This document shows positions 49,200 through 62,149 of a stretch of 64,000 nt of DNA, in pieces. Positions within the stretch are counted from its first letter, which is position 1, and each line of letters starts with the position of its first letter. Where the stretch lies: assembly GCF_030028105.1 (NCBI RefSeq), contig NC_092379.1, positions 9,136,272 through 9,200,271 on the forward strand, written 5' to 3'. Under the pieces are notes generated by a model. It saw only the letters and a program-made list of their open reading frames with translations. It was not told the DNA's origin and did not search any database. The position numbers and the translations under genes are program-made. Origin of the DNA: Mobula birostris. Its lineage: Eukaryota.

Positions 49200-49950
49200 A
49201 AAAGCATAAGAGTATTGAGAATAAGAGCTGGAATGTTATGATGAAGTTGTATTATTGAGTATAAGAGCTGGAATGTTATGATGAGGTTGTATTGTTGAGT
49301 ATACGAGCTGGAAAGTTATGATGAGTTTGTATTATTGAGTATAAGAGCTGGAATGTTATGTATAATGAGGTTGTATAAGGCATTGGTGAGGCCGAATCTG
49401 GAGTATTGTGTTCAGTTTTGGTCATCAAATTACAGGAAGGATATAAATAAGGTTGAAAGAGTGCAGAGAAGGTTTACAAGGATGTTGCCGGGACTTGAGA
49501 AACTCAGTTACAGAGAAAGGTTGAATAGGTTAGGACTTCATTCCCTGGAGCGTAGAAGAATGAGGGGAGATTTGATAGAGGTATATAAAATTATGATGGG
49601 TATAGATAGAGTGAATGCAAGCAGGCTTTTTCCACTGAGGCAAGGGGAGAAAAAAAAAACAGAAGACATGGGTTAAGGATGGGGGGGGGGAAGTTTAAAG
49701 GGAACATTAGGGCGGGCTTCTTCACACAGAGAGTGGTGGGAGTATGGAATGACCTGCCAGACGAGGTGGTAAATGCGGGTTCTTTTTTAACATTTAAGAA
49801 TAAATTGGACAGATACATGGATGAGAGGTGTATGGAGGGATATGGTCCGTGTGCAGGTCAGTGGGACTAGGCAGAAAATGGTTCGGGACAGCCAAGAAGG
49901 GCCAAAAGGCCTGTTTCTGTGCTGTAGTTTTTCTATTGTTTCTATGGTTT
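49200..49950 (+). mobile_element. CR1 LINE 3' end
   Basis: LYKALVRPNLEYCVQFWS..LERRRMRGDLIEVYKIM..FFTQRVVGVWNDLP; tail of TTTCTAT(G/T)G-like units. Confidence 0.9.
49214..49376 (+). repeat. 40-bp tandem repeat x4 at the 5' truncation point of a CR1
   Basis: Unit ATTGAGTATAAGAGCTGGAATGTTATGATGAGGTTGTATT starting at 49214, 49254, 49294 and 49334. Confidence 0.9.
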
Positions 49951-52779
49951 ATATAAATTAATAACATATTGATATTCCAGAAAGAACATAATTTGAATAC
50001 AACCATATCTATTTTAGTACAAAGTAGTCAACATGATCTCAAGATTACCGTACTGTGCTAGTGAATGGGGTTCTAAATGTTTGATTAAGGACTGAATCGG
50101 TGACGGGAAGTAGCTTTTCTTGAACCTTGTGGTGTGGGACCTAAGGATTCTGTAGCCTCTACCCAATGATTTTCGTTGATAGATGTTACCCGTGTTCCTT
50201 CCTCTGTAAATGGATGCAAGGCTTTCTCATCAGTAGACCTCCAGTGGGGATTCGTAACAACATCACCTCCTCGCTGATCATTAATACAGGTAGGCGCACC
50301 GCAGGATTGCGTGCTTAGCTCCCTGCTCTACTTTATGTACACACATAGTGTGGCTAAGCACAGTTCAATATACAAAAATTCAGAGGGCTCTGCTGTTGTT
50401 GGACGAATCACAGATGCTGACGATTCAGTTTACCAGAGAGAGGGATGATGCCTGGTTGAGTGGGGTTGCAGTGATAGCCTCTCACTCATTGTCAGTCGAA
50501 CTACAGAGATTTCAAAAAGGGAAAATAGAGTGACGGTCTACATTGGCGATAAGCGGTAGAGAGTGTCACCAGGTTTATGTCCGGATAACATATCGGTTGA
50601 GCTTGCCTGGGCCCTGCACATAAATGTAATCACAAAGAATCCGCGGCTGTAACTTAACTTGGATGGAAGGATAAAATGGTTCAGCTTGTGCTCTACCATA
50701 CTTCTTCTCTGAAGCGAAACTATTAGTTGCAATTATTTTGAGAGGATGCAATTCAAATGTGCAAATGCAAAGATTCTAAATGTACGAATCTGCAGAGAAC
50801 AGTGGATTCTGCCCAAAATATAATCCACATAGTGTGCGACGAATTTAGCAAGGCTTTTGATACGTTTCCACATGTGAGTTTGGTTAAGGAGGTCCACCCT
50901 TTTGGCATTCAAAATGAGGCAGTAAATTGGATTCGACGGTCATTTCAGGGAGAAGCCAGAGATTCAAAGTAACTGGTTGTTTAGCTGACTGGAGGACTGT
51001 GACTAGTGTTTTGCCACAGGCATCAGTGTTGCGCTTGTTGTTTTTTGATCATATATATCAACGTTCTGGATGATAATGTAGCAAACTGGGTAAGCATATC
51101 TGCGGATGACACTGAGAATGGGGCTGTAGTGGACAGCGAGTAGGTCTATTGAAGCTTTCAGTGGGACCCGGGACAGCTGGAAAATGGACTAAAATGGCAG
51201 ATGGGATGTAACCCATACAAGTATGAGATATTGCACTTTGTGAGAACAAATAGCAGGACCTACACGGTGAAAGGTAGGGCAATGCAGAGAGGGTTGTCGA
51301 AATACAGATCCATAATCTTCGAAAGCAACATTATAGTTAGGTAGGGTCGTGAAGAAAGCTTTTGGCACATTGGCCTTCATAAACCAAAGTGCTGAGTAAA
51401 GGAGTAGGGATATTATGTTGAAGTTGCATTACAAGTTTGTAATGCCCAATTTGGAGCACTGTGTGCAGTTTTGGTCTGCTGTCAGGAAATGCAGAGGAAG
51501 CTTGACCCAGACGCAGAACAGCAGAGACGATTTCCAGTAACTGTTAATTTTAATAACAACTGCAAAATAAAAGGCCATGAGGAGGTCACGAAACACTAGA
51601 GGACAGATACTAAGTATAACAAGGCATCAGGGTAGCTGATGGCTAGGAGTAACTGGATCAGGCTGGCTGTTTCGGTAAGCCAAAAAGCTGTGGATGAGAA
51701 ATGAGCTTACATGGGTTTAAGTGGGCTGCGGGCGATGTCTGAAAGGAGTGGAAGCCGGACGGAGACTGGGAAGTGTATAGGTTTGTTGGACCCCCCCCCC
51801 CCCACTTCTTCCCATTCCACGCTCCATGGGGTCACCAGACGGCCCAGGATAATACGGATGGGTCTGGTGGAACGCCTCAATGATCAATGGATCTAAGATA
51901 AATAGTAGGCACACCTCTCCTCTCGGCCGTCCCCTTCCCGGTCGAGAAGGTACTGCATACCATGTCCATGACGGAGTGAATGCATTAACTTGCAAACCAT
52001 GTAGACTGGACCACGTTCCACCATCCTTCGTTCCGGAGGTGAAGTCTCACGTGGGTAGAGGCAGTACATATTGAAAGTAGGAGTTATCCCGAGGTACACT
52101 GGCAAGTGATTGAGGAAGTGACTGCATTAATGCAATGAATAATCTTAAAAGGAGCAATTACTGGGCGCCAGCTTTCAGGAGTCGACGCACAGGGTCAGAT
52201 CTCGGTTGGGCAACCAGCCACGGTCTTAAGGCCGCAGGTCAGCCAGACGGTAATCGGCGCGGTTAGCTCTTCCAAACATCTCCATATCGGTGAACAGTGC
52301 CCTCGCGAGCGGGACCTCGACTATTGGCTCCACTGTGGGGAAACCACGGGGACTGGTAGACATAACATAGTTCAAAGTGTGAAATGCCCGCAGCAGAGGA
52401 GGTGGGTAGATTATGGCATAATTTGGCCAGAACACACAGTTCTTCCATGCGGGAAGGTTACAGACAGTGAAGCAGCGCAGGAAATTCTGCAATTTTTGAT
52501 TGGCTTTTCTGACTGACTGCTGGTCTGCGGATGATAGCGAGAGAGCAAACTCACTCAGGTGCGAAGGAGGGAGCAGACGGCTCTCCAGAAGCGCAGGACG
52601 ATTTCTGGGCCTCGGTCCAACATAATGTCCTGACGAAAAGCGTGGAGGCGAAATATATGTTGGAGATCAAGGTCCACTGTCTCAGCGCCTTGTGGAAGCC
52701 TGGGGAGAACAGTGAAGAAACACACATCAAAGTTGCTGGTGAACGCAGCAAGTCAGGCAGCATCTCTAGGAAGAGGTAC

Positions 52780-52815
52780 AGTCGACGTTTCGGGCCAAGA
52801 CCCTTCGTCAGGACT
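52780..52815 (-). ncRNA. Minimal hammerhead ribozyme motif (Penelope pLTR)
   Basis: Reverse complement reads AGTC-CTGACGA-AGGGTCTTGGCCC-GAAA-C-GTC-GACT. Confidence 0.7.
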
Positions 52816-53454
52816 AACTGAAAGAAGGGATAGTAAGAGATTTAAAAGTGGGAGGGGGAGAGGGAGAGCCGAAATGATATAAGAAGACAGGCGGGGGAGG
52901 GATGGAGCTAAGAGCTGGAAAGTTGATTGGCAAAAGGGATATGAGATGTTCATGGGACAGGGGGCCCAGGGAGAAAGAAAAGGGGGAGGAGGGAAAAAAC
53001 CAAAAGGATGGGCAAGGGGTGTAGTGAGAGGGACAGAGGGAGAAAAAAGAGAGGGAGAAAAAAAGAATCACACTCAGGTTGGAGGAACAACACCTTATAT
53101 TCCGTCTGGGTAGCCTCCAACCTGATGGCATGAACATTGACTTCTCAAACTTCCGCTAATGCCCCACCTCCCCCTCGTACCCCATCCGTTATTTATTTAT
53201 ATACATACATTATTTTGTCTCCCTCTCCTTTTTCTCCCTCTGTCCCTCTCGCTATACCCCTTGCCCATCGCCTGGGTTCCCCCTCCCCCTTTTCTTTCTC
53301 CCTAGGCCTCCTGTCCCTTGATCCTCTCATATCCCTTTTGCCAATCACCTGTCCAGCTCTTGGCTCCATCCCTCCCCCTCCTGTCTTCTCCTATCATTTC
53401 GGATCTCCCCTCCCCCTCCCACTTTCAATTCTCTTACTAGCTCTTCTTTCAATT

Positions 53455-53490
53455 AGTCCTGACGAAGGGTCTCGGCCTGAAACGTCGACT
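53455..53490 (+). ncRNA. Minimal hammerhead ribozyme motif (Penelope pLTR)
   Basis: AGTC-CTGACGA-AGG(GTCTCGG)CCT-GAAA-C-GTC-GACT; stem I AGUC/GACU, intact catalytic core. Confidence 0.75.
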
Positions 53491-56400
53491 GTACCTCTTC
53501 CTAGAGATGCTGCCTGGCCTGCTGCGATCAACAGCAACTTTGATATGTGTTTCTTGAATTTCCAGCATCTGCAGATTTCCTCGTGTTTGCGGAGAACAAT
53601 GAAGTTGGCTGCCTTGGAGAACCGGTCCACCGTGGTCATAATCACCGTGACCCCATTGAAAGTTGGTGAACCAGTAGGGGCGCAGGAGCCCAGAGGGTCA
53701 CTGGTTGGAGGAATAGGAATGGAGGCATTAAGGGAAGCTGCGACGAACTGACGTACATCGGCAATCATGCTGAGCCATCAGAACCAGTGTTCCAGAAAAT
53801 CCAGAGTCCGTAGTGCCCCGGCTGTCCGTACAGAGTGAGGAGTGATCGCACGGCGGCCGGCACCTAAATCCGGTTGGCAGGTGTTACGACTGGAGCAGAT
53901 TCGTGTTTTGGGGTATACGGATCTGGTTCTCAAGATCCCAGACGTTCGTGGCGAGGATCAGCGAATAAAATAACAAGCTGCGGGTCGATATCCGTTTCGC
54001 TGAATAGGACTGTCGCGATAGGGCGTCCGCTTTATTGTACATAGAGTTGGGTCGGTACGATATAGTGCAGTTGAATTCTTCTCTCTGAGAGGACCCAGCG
54101 AGATTGACAACTGTAGGTTGATTTGCTGGGTCTGTTGTATTGATATAAGGTATCGATGGTCAATCTAGATCAAGAAGGGCTCGGTGTTTACAATCAGCCG
54201 ATGTCTCCATTTCTCGAGGGCCCATTTCTCCCGGTCTCCAACTCCATAACGGCACTGAGTTTGCGCAAGAAAAAGGTCAAAACGTGTGACCTCCCGTCTG
54301 GGGCACGCTGGGAGGGGAAGACCCCAAGCGGAAGACCGTCGGAAGACGCAATACAGCTAAAGATAGCGCCAGAAGCCGACTGCCTCCAGATCATGTGCGA
54401 AATAGTTTAAATTGTTCTATTTAATGTCTCTTCTATCCTTTTCAATGCGGCTGGGGTCTTGTCGGAGTTTTATTGTTCTAGATATAGAAAACTGCAAAAA
54501 GTTCCCTTTCGGGGTGAGGCCCTGCAGCCCTTTGGACAACGTGATTCACGGCTGGTGTCGCCGAGAGCTCGGATTATCAGAACAGCCAGATAGCAGTGTA
54601 AGCTGATGTCGAAATAAAAGACGCTGCAGACTGTAATATGGAAACAGCGAGTTGTTGGTCTCCCCTTTCGGCAAGAGTGAAACATCAATCTCCTTCATTT
54701 GCGACAGGGTTGAACAGTTTTTTAATGGATTCTGGATCATGGTCTCTTTGGGGGCTTTGCTGTTGCTTGCTTGACAGTTGGTGGTGAGGGGCTGTGTGAT
54801 TTGATGCTTTGCTGCTGCTTGTGCGTGGGAGGGTGGTGTAGGACTTTGGGGATCGAAAAGTTTTTCTGTCATACATTCTTCGGGGCTTTTCTACTGTAAT
54901 ATTAAGCAGAACCATTAAACCAATGAACCAATGAGTCAATAGCCATGATACGAAAGAGGTGATAGATAGGCTTGGTAAGGACTCAACACAGAGACCGGAG
55001 CAGGAATTCACCATAGCCTCCTACGTGCGTAGAACCGTGGGAGTGTTGAGAAGGTCAGAGAAAGTGAATTGGGCTACGATGCTCCATGGAAAGATCAGGT
55101 GAAACTTAGTACATAGAGGGCCACTCATCTCTAACTGACGGTGGTGAATTCTGTAGATGTGGTGGGCACTTCATCGGCGACTCCGCAGTAATTGCAGAAC
55201 TTGTTTCTCCGCACGCTCTTGGGGAACGAGGTGGTGGCGGTTAGGGCCGCACTCTGTGGTCTGGAGGCATTGATGATCAGGGTCTGGCAGTCTGAAATGT
55301 TTTTTTGGAATGGAACGGGCGTTCTGGCTGATGAACTGGAACGTCATTTCTGAAGGTGCTTGACAATTCGGAGAGTCATTCTGATGAAACCTGATCGGTG
55401 GACATCTCCCTGATAAGATAACTGGACTTTGAAGCACTGTGCTAGACAGTCATGGTGATGGGCCAGAGGCACTTCTGCATTCCAAACACATTTCGCTGCG
55501 AGGGTCCTGAATTCCAGCACCGATCGTGGGCCTTGTCGCAGGAGAAAATATATCCTATCCGCTGCCCTATTGCATCTCCCGGATGGTCGAAAACCCGACG
55601 CGTTTCAGGGCTGAATTCCTTCTATTTAGAGCAAATGGTAGTTAGCGGGGTTCCAGATCAGAGACTGCTGAGTGAAGATAATTTTGGTTCGGTCTGAACA
55701 TACAGATATAGCTGGAGCTCGAATTTTTAGACGCATTTGGGCAGGAAGTTGCATTACCCGGTTGTGAATTCATTGAAGCATTCGGGCTCCGCGTGAAGAG
55801 CTGGCCGGCACATGTAGCTGTTTCACTGTGGAGAGAAGACTGACAGTGATATCGGTTTCTTGCTGCTTTTGCACTGTGTGCTCATGTCAGTGAACAACTT
55901 CCTTTAGACAAGTACTCTGCTGATTCAGTCGCTGTTTCACCCATCATATCAGGAATGGTAGAGGAGGCTTGACTCAAGCGCAGAGCAGTGGAGAAGATTT
56001 AGCGGTGAGCAACTATTTTAGTAGTAAACTGCAAGTTACTAAAAGCCACGAGGGTGCACAAAACAAGAGAACACGACAAATTTGCGGATGACACCGAGAT
56101 TGGGGGTGTAGTGGAGAGCGAGGCAGGCTACCATGGTTTGCAGAGGGTTCTGCATCAGCTGGAAAGAAATGGGCTAAAAGTGGCTGATGAAATGCAATGC
56201 AGTCAAGTGCAAGGTTTTGAAATTTGGTACGACCAACCAGGGAAGGTATTATACAGTGAAGAGCAGGACACTGAGCAGTATGGTTGAGCAAAGGGATCTG
56301 GTAATATAGGTACATAATTCAAAGAAAGTGGTGTCACAGGTAGACAGGGTTGTAAAAAAAGCATTTGGCACTTTGCCCTCCAGAAATCAATGTACTGAGC

Positions 56401-58224
56401 ACAGAAGATGGGATGATATGTTGAATTTGTATCAGATGTTGGTTGGGCCTAATTTGGAGTTTTGCGAGCAGATTCCATCAGCTACCTACAAGTAAGATAT
56501 AAACAACGTTGAAAGAGTTCTAAGAGCATATTCAGGGTTGTTGATAGGGGTATACAGAATTATGAGGGGTATATATAAGGTAAATGCAAGCAGGTCTTTT
56601 CCACTGAGGTCATGGGTTAAGGTGAAAGGTGGTAAATTTAAGGGGAATATGATGGGAAAATTCTGCACTCAGAGTTTTGGGAGAGTGTGGACTGAGATTC
56701 CAGCACATGTGGTGCATGCGAGCTCGATTTCAACAGTTAAGAGAAGTTTGGATAGGTGCATAGATAGCTAGATTGTAGGGAAACGCATGGTTGTGGTCCC
56801 GCGGGAAGTCGATGGGAGTAGGTAGCTTAAATGATCTTTGCATGGACTAGATGGGCCGTAACTTCCTGTGTTGTATTTATCCATGACTCGATAACAAGGC
56901 AGCAAGGTAACTAAAGGCTAGGAGCAAGTGATTGAGGCTGGTTGGTTCGTTGCACATATATGGGCTCCGTATGAGGGCTGGGTTCAAATAGACGGCATGT
57001 GATGAGCTTGAACGATTGGCAGTTGACCAGTGTTAGCTGGGTGGGGACTGGTGGGAGCCTGCCTGTGCAGGTCCGATGACAGGAAACAGTGTAGGAAACA
57101 ATTGCAACGGTTTTTCAAGACTGAAGGACCTGAGTTACAGGAAGTTTGAGTACGATAGAACTTTATTTCCTAGAGCGTAGGAGAATGAGGGGATGTTTAA
57201 AAGTACACAAAATCATGAGAGGTATATATCGGGTACATGCATGCAGGCTTTCTCCACTGAGGCTGGGTGATTCTAAAACGAAAATGAAACTTGAAACGCT
57301 TAGGGAGCATGAGAGGGAACTTCTCTCAGAGGATGGTAAGAGCGTGGACGAGCTGTCGGTGCAATTTCTTCTTGCGGGTTCAAACTCAAAACCTAAGATA
57401 AATGTAGGTACATAGATGGATGGGAGGGGTATAGAGGACAATAGGACGGATTCAGATCGAAGGGGTAAGGTGCATTTAGAGTTCAGCACGGACTATATGG
57501 ACTGAAGGGACAGTTTCTGTGCTATGGTGTTCTATGACTATATCAAGGGCACATCCCTCCACACCATCCACAGCATTACAAGATACACTGCCTCAAGAAA
57601 GCTGCATCCAACCTCCAGCACATCTACCATACAATACCATATAATCTTCATTGCTGGGGTAACGTACTTTCGAATCTTAATATCAGTAAGACACATCGAT
57701 GGTGATGCACTTTAGGAAGACTATACCTGCAAATATCCCTGTTACTATTGATGCAGAGGGCGTACAAGTAGCTGGAAGTGCACCTCGTCTACAGATTTGA
57801 GTGGAACACCAACACGGAGGCTGTGAACAAGCAGGACCAGACCCGCTTCTACTTCCTGACAAGACTGAGTTACTTTGCAGGATACAAGCCTCTCCTTCAC
57901 ATGTTCTACTGGTCTGTGGTTGATGATACAATCTTCTAGTCGTTGGTACAATCTCCTAATCAGTGGCATCAACACCGATGATGTCAACAGGCTGAATACA
58001 CTGATTGGAAGGCAAATGATTGGATGCTCTGGTAGAACAAAAAAAAACTCTGTTAAAATCCTGACAATTCTGGACATGGATTCTCAGTCTCTGAATCCCA
58101 ATTTGGTACACTTTCCGCAGTAGAATAGACAACTGCTCTGCTCCAAAAGCGCTACGAGAGGTCATTCATACCTTCGGCCATTAACATCTAAAATGAGGCA
58201 ACCTAAAGTCGAAGAAGTGAAGAG

Positions 58225-60300
58225 CACAAACCAGAGAAAATTTTCAGATTCTAGAAATCCAAGCAACACACTCAACATGCTCGAGAATCTCAGCAGGCCA
58301 GACAGCATTGATGGAAAACAGTTCAGTCGGCGTTTCGGGCAAAGACACTTCATCACGACTGGACGAAAAAAAAGTGAGGAGTCAGAAATAAGGAAGAAAC
58401 ACAAGGTTATAAGTTAAACTGGGAGGGGGGATGGGTGAAGTAAAAAGCTTGGAAGTTGATTGGTGAACGAGATACAGAGCTGGAGAAGGAGGTATCGAAT
58501 AGTGGAGGAAAAAAGGCCATGGGATAAAGGGGAAGGAGCACCAGAGGAGGGCAATGGGAAGGCAAGTAAATAAGGTGAGAGATGGAAAAGGGGTTGGGTA
58601 ATAGAGAAAGAGGGGGGCGCATTACGAGTTCAGGAAATTGATGTTCATGTGATCTGTCTAGAGTCTACATAAATTGGATATATAATATTGCTCCTCTGAA
58701 CAGAGTGTGGCCTCATTGTGACAGTAGTGGAGGCCATGGATGGACATGTCGGAATGGGAATGGGAGGTGGAATTAACATGGGTGGCTACTAGGAGATCCC
58801 GCTTTTTCTGGTGGACAGAGCGGAGTTGCTCGGCGAAGCGGTCCCCCAACCTATGTCGGGTCTCACCGATATATAAGAAGTCACAGCGGGGGTACAGGAT
58901 GAATAGGTGACCTCAACAGACTCACAGGTGAACCGTCGCCTCACTTGCAAGTACTATTTGGGGCCCTGAATGGTAGTGAGGGAGGAGGTCTATGTAGCAC
59001 TTGTTCCACTTGCAAAGATGTGCGAGGAAGGATGTGCCAGCGGCGAGGGAAGACTGTACAAGGGACTAGTGCAGGGAGCTATTACCGCAGAAAGCAGAAT
59101 GTGGGTGTAGGGGGAGGGAGGGGGTGTTGTTGCTGGTGGTATCCCGCTGGAGATAGCAGGTTAAGGGGAATTATGTGCTAGACGCCATGGCTGGTGGGGT
59201 GACAGATGAGGACAAGAGGAACCCTATCCCTGGTGCGGTGGCGGAAGTTTGGGCTGAAGGCAGATGTGTGCGAAATGGAATACATGGGTTTAAGGGCATG
59301 GTTGAAGCTGGACAAAGGGAAGTCCCTTTATGTGAAGAAGGAAGTCACCTCCTTCATCCTTGATTGACATTCCTCATCCTGAGAGCAGATGTGGCGGACA
59401 CAAAGGAACTAAAAGAAGGGGGTGACATTTTTTATAAGCAGCAGGGTGGGAGCAGGTATAATCTACGAAGCTGTGAGAGTCAGTCGATTTCTAATAGCTA
59501 TCACTGGATAGGCCGTCTCCAGAGATAGGGACTGAGCGATCTTAAAAGTGAAGGAAATTGTCGGAAATAGACCAGGTAAATTTGAGGGAGAATGGAAGAA
59601 GGATGTAATGTTAATGAAATTGACGAACTCGGCATGGGTGCTGGAAGCAGCACCAACGCGGTTGTGGATGTGACGTCGGAAAGGTGGTGGTGGGACACTG
59701 GTGTAGGCTTGTAACATAGACTGCTCCACGTAGTAGACAAAAAAAAGAAGCAGGGATAGCTGGGAGCCATACGAGTAATCATGGCTACACCTTTTGTTTG
59801 AAGGAAGTTGGAGGAACAAAGGAGAAATTATTGAGAGTGATGATGTTCCGCTCGATAGAGGAGAGGGGTGGCGGAGGTGATCTAGTTGGGCGTGGTGTCC
59901 GGAAAGAAACAAAGAGTTTTAGGCCCTCGTGGTGGTGAACCAAGATGTATAGAGACTGGACATCCAGGATGGCAATAAGAAGCTTGTGGCCAGAGAACTT
60001 GAAATTATGGAAAAGATCACGAGCGTCACGGATATAGATAAAGAGGGACCGAAACGATGGGGGGGGGGGGGGTGATGGGAGGCAGGTGTGATAAAACTGA
60101 GTCGGGGTATGCAAATACTGTATGAGTTCAGTGGAGCAGGAAAAAAAAGTTGTATCAATGTGTCTACCTAGAACAGCCTTGTTGATGTATAAACAGAAGG
60201 TGCGGGTTGAGGGAACTATGAGTTTTGTGGCAGAGAATGGGAGATCCCCAGAGTTAATATGGTCGGTGATGCTGTGCATTGATGCCAAGGAACTCCTCCC
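58225..60300 (-). mobile_element. Degenerate Penelope-like element (RT + GIY-YIG endonuclease + terminal repeat)
   Basis: LDVQSLY, ITLNNFSF, TRMAPSY and YVEQSMLQAY (PLE RT); GDRFAEQLRSV..VATHVNSTSHSHSDMSIHGL (GIY-YIG); many frameshifts. Confidence 0.85.
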
Positions 60301-60813
60301 TATTTCAAGACAGTTCTGGACATTGTTAATGTGGAATGCTGAAGTTCTGATTCACTGAATTATTGGCAGACAGTAGGCGCGGTGGTGGGGATTGTGCGCG
60401 CCTCTGGCGTAGCAACGACTAAGTCTCAAGGCATGGTGTCTAAGCTTGCGTCGGTGCCGCCCTCCCCACCGCAGTGTATTTGCTCAATAGAAGGCAAACT
60501 GTAATGTGGTTGACTGCAGATTTCTGCAACACTTACGTACTCAGTGTCTGAGCTACGGAGTCGTCTGTTTACGGGTACTGTACCAGGAGAGAAGCGTCGG
60601 AGCTGCTGTCAGTGCAGACCCCCAGTGTTTGCCCAGTAGAAGACAAGCTACGTTGTGATTAACTGCTGCTTCCTTCGGCATTCATAGACTGAGAATCTGT
60701 CTTATTGTCCTACAAATAGACAAGAGTCTCTTGTAAGATACAGACTTAAGAAAGTTACAATATTTCCGCACAGTTATTCATACGGAATTCTTAAATGGAC
60801 TAACTGTTTGTCA

Positions 60814-61717
60814 ACACACATCAAATTTGCTGGTGAACGCAGCAGGCCAGGCAGCACCTCTAGGAAGAGGTACAGTCGACGTTTTGGGCCGAGACCCTTC
60901 GTCAGGACTATCTGAAGGAAGAGCTAGTAAGAGATTTGAAAGTGGGAGGGGTGAAGGGGAGGTCCAAATTGATAGGAGAAGACAGGAGGGGGAGGGATGG
61001 AGCCAAGAGCTGGACAGATGATTGGCAAAAGGGATATGAGAGAATCATGGGACGGGAGCCCCAGGGAGAAGGAAGGGGGGTAGGGGGGAAAACCCAGAGA
61101 AAGCAGGATCTCCCAGTGGCCACACATTTTAATTCCACATCCCATTCCCATTTTGAAAAGTCTATCCACGGCCTCCTCTGCTGTAAAGATGAAACCACAC
61201 TCATGTTGGAGGAACAACAGCTTATACTCCGTCTCGGTAGCCTCCAACCTGATGGCATGAACATCGACTTCTCTAAATTCCGCTAATGCCCCACCTCCAC
61301 CTCGTACCCCATCCGTTATTTATATACACACATTCTTTCTCTCTCTCTCTCTCCTTTTTCTCCCTCTGTCCCTCTGACTATACCGCTTGCCCATCCTCTG
61401 GGTTTTTCCACCCTCCCCGCTTTCCTTCTCCCCGGACCTCCTGTCCCATGATCCTCTCATAGCCCCTTTGCCAATCACCTGTCCAGCTCTTGGCTCCATC
61501 CCTCCCCCTCCTGTCTTCTCCTATCATTTTGCATCTCCCCCTCCCCCTCCCACTTTCAAATCTCTTACTAGCTCTTCCTTCAGTAAGTCGTGACGAAGGG
61601 TCTCGGCCTGAAACGTCGACTGTACCTCTTCCTAGAGATGCTGCCTGGCCTGCTGTGTTCACCAGCAGCTTTGATTTGTGTGGCTTGAATTTACAGCACC
61701 TGCAGAATTCCTCGTGT
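60814..61717 (+). mobile_element. Second palindromic Penelope-like insertion
   Basis: Inverted arms around DLPVATHFNSTSHSH..LEEQQLILRLGSLQPDGMNIDFSKFR*; 13-bp TSD TAACTG(T/C)TTGTCA (60801-60813, 61718-61730). The hammerhead motifs at 60874-60909 (-) and 61586-61621 (+) each carry one core mutation. Confidence 0.88.
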
Positions 61718-61913
61718 TAACTGCTTGTCACCCAGTTACAAATGTCAAAGCAATAAATGTCGCTCTGAAGACCATCAAGTGCAAATTTATCGTAGTTCCA
61801 CCATTTGGCATTGTCACAAACACTTATTCAGAAAACAAAATGTATACCAGACACATCACACACAGACAACACACAAACCATTCTCACCACACACATATAA
61901 CACGCACAAAAAT

Positions 61914-61937
61914 GCGCGCGCGCGCGCGCACACACAG

Positions 61938-61963
<26 letters not shown>
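61914..61963. repeat. (CG)n(CA)n compound microsatellite
   Basis: GCGCGC..CACACA run (alternating purine-pyrimidine). Confidence 0.9.
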
Positions 61964-61968
<5 letters not shown>

Positions 61969-62149
61969 CTCATGATAGCACAATGCATTTCCACTATTTC
62001 CTCATTGCCCAAAACACCACACATTCACACACCACAAATTAACGTAACAAGCACACCACCCTCACAAAATAGAAGCGTCACCACTCTTATGTCTGTCACA
62101 CACATACCAGAGCAATACTTATGCCATTATCACATAACGTCTTTACGTA

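Larger units (their letters stand above)
52718..53590 (+). mobile_element. Penelope-like element with inverted terminal repeats (palindromic insertion)
   Basis: The central spacer encodes the GIY-YIG C-terminus LEEQHLIFRLGSLQPDGMNIDFSNFR*. The left arm is the reverse complement of the right arm. 14-bp TSD GGAGAACA(G/A)TGAAG (52704-52717, 53591-53604). Confidence 0.88.
51480..57081 (-). mobile_element. Degenerate Sushi-like Gypsy chromovirus, copy 2
   Basis: LTRs start at 51480 (TGTCA) and 55947 and the element ends TGACA at 57081; poly-C PPT complement at ~51791. Integrase remnants (MIADVRQFVAA, VIMTTVDRFSKAANF, FLRCF..W) and chromodomain (QYLLDREGDGREER..ILDPLIIEAFH). Confidence 0.82.
50830..57990 (+). 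repeat. Segmental duplication of ~6830-15600 (CR1 > Gypsy > nested CR1 > Rex1 block)
   Basis: Same order and same insertion junctions of unrelated TEs in both blocks. Confidence 0.8.

Noticed and set aside
49214-49376. Regularly spaced 40-bp repeats as a CRISPR array
   Set aside because: Head-to-tail units without unique spacers, derived from CR1 sequence, in a vertebrate context.
53137-53751. Pro/Ser/Leu-rich 204-aa ORF (and similar ORFs at 6074-6559 and 60908-61662)
   Set aside because: Low-complexity pyrimidine-rich Penelope terminal repeat; no conserved frame between copies apart from the GIY-YIG tail.
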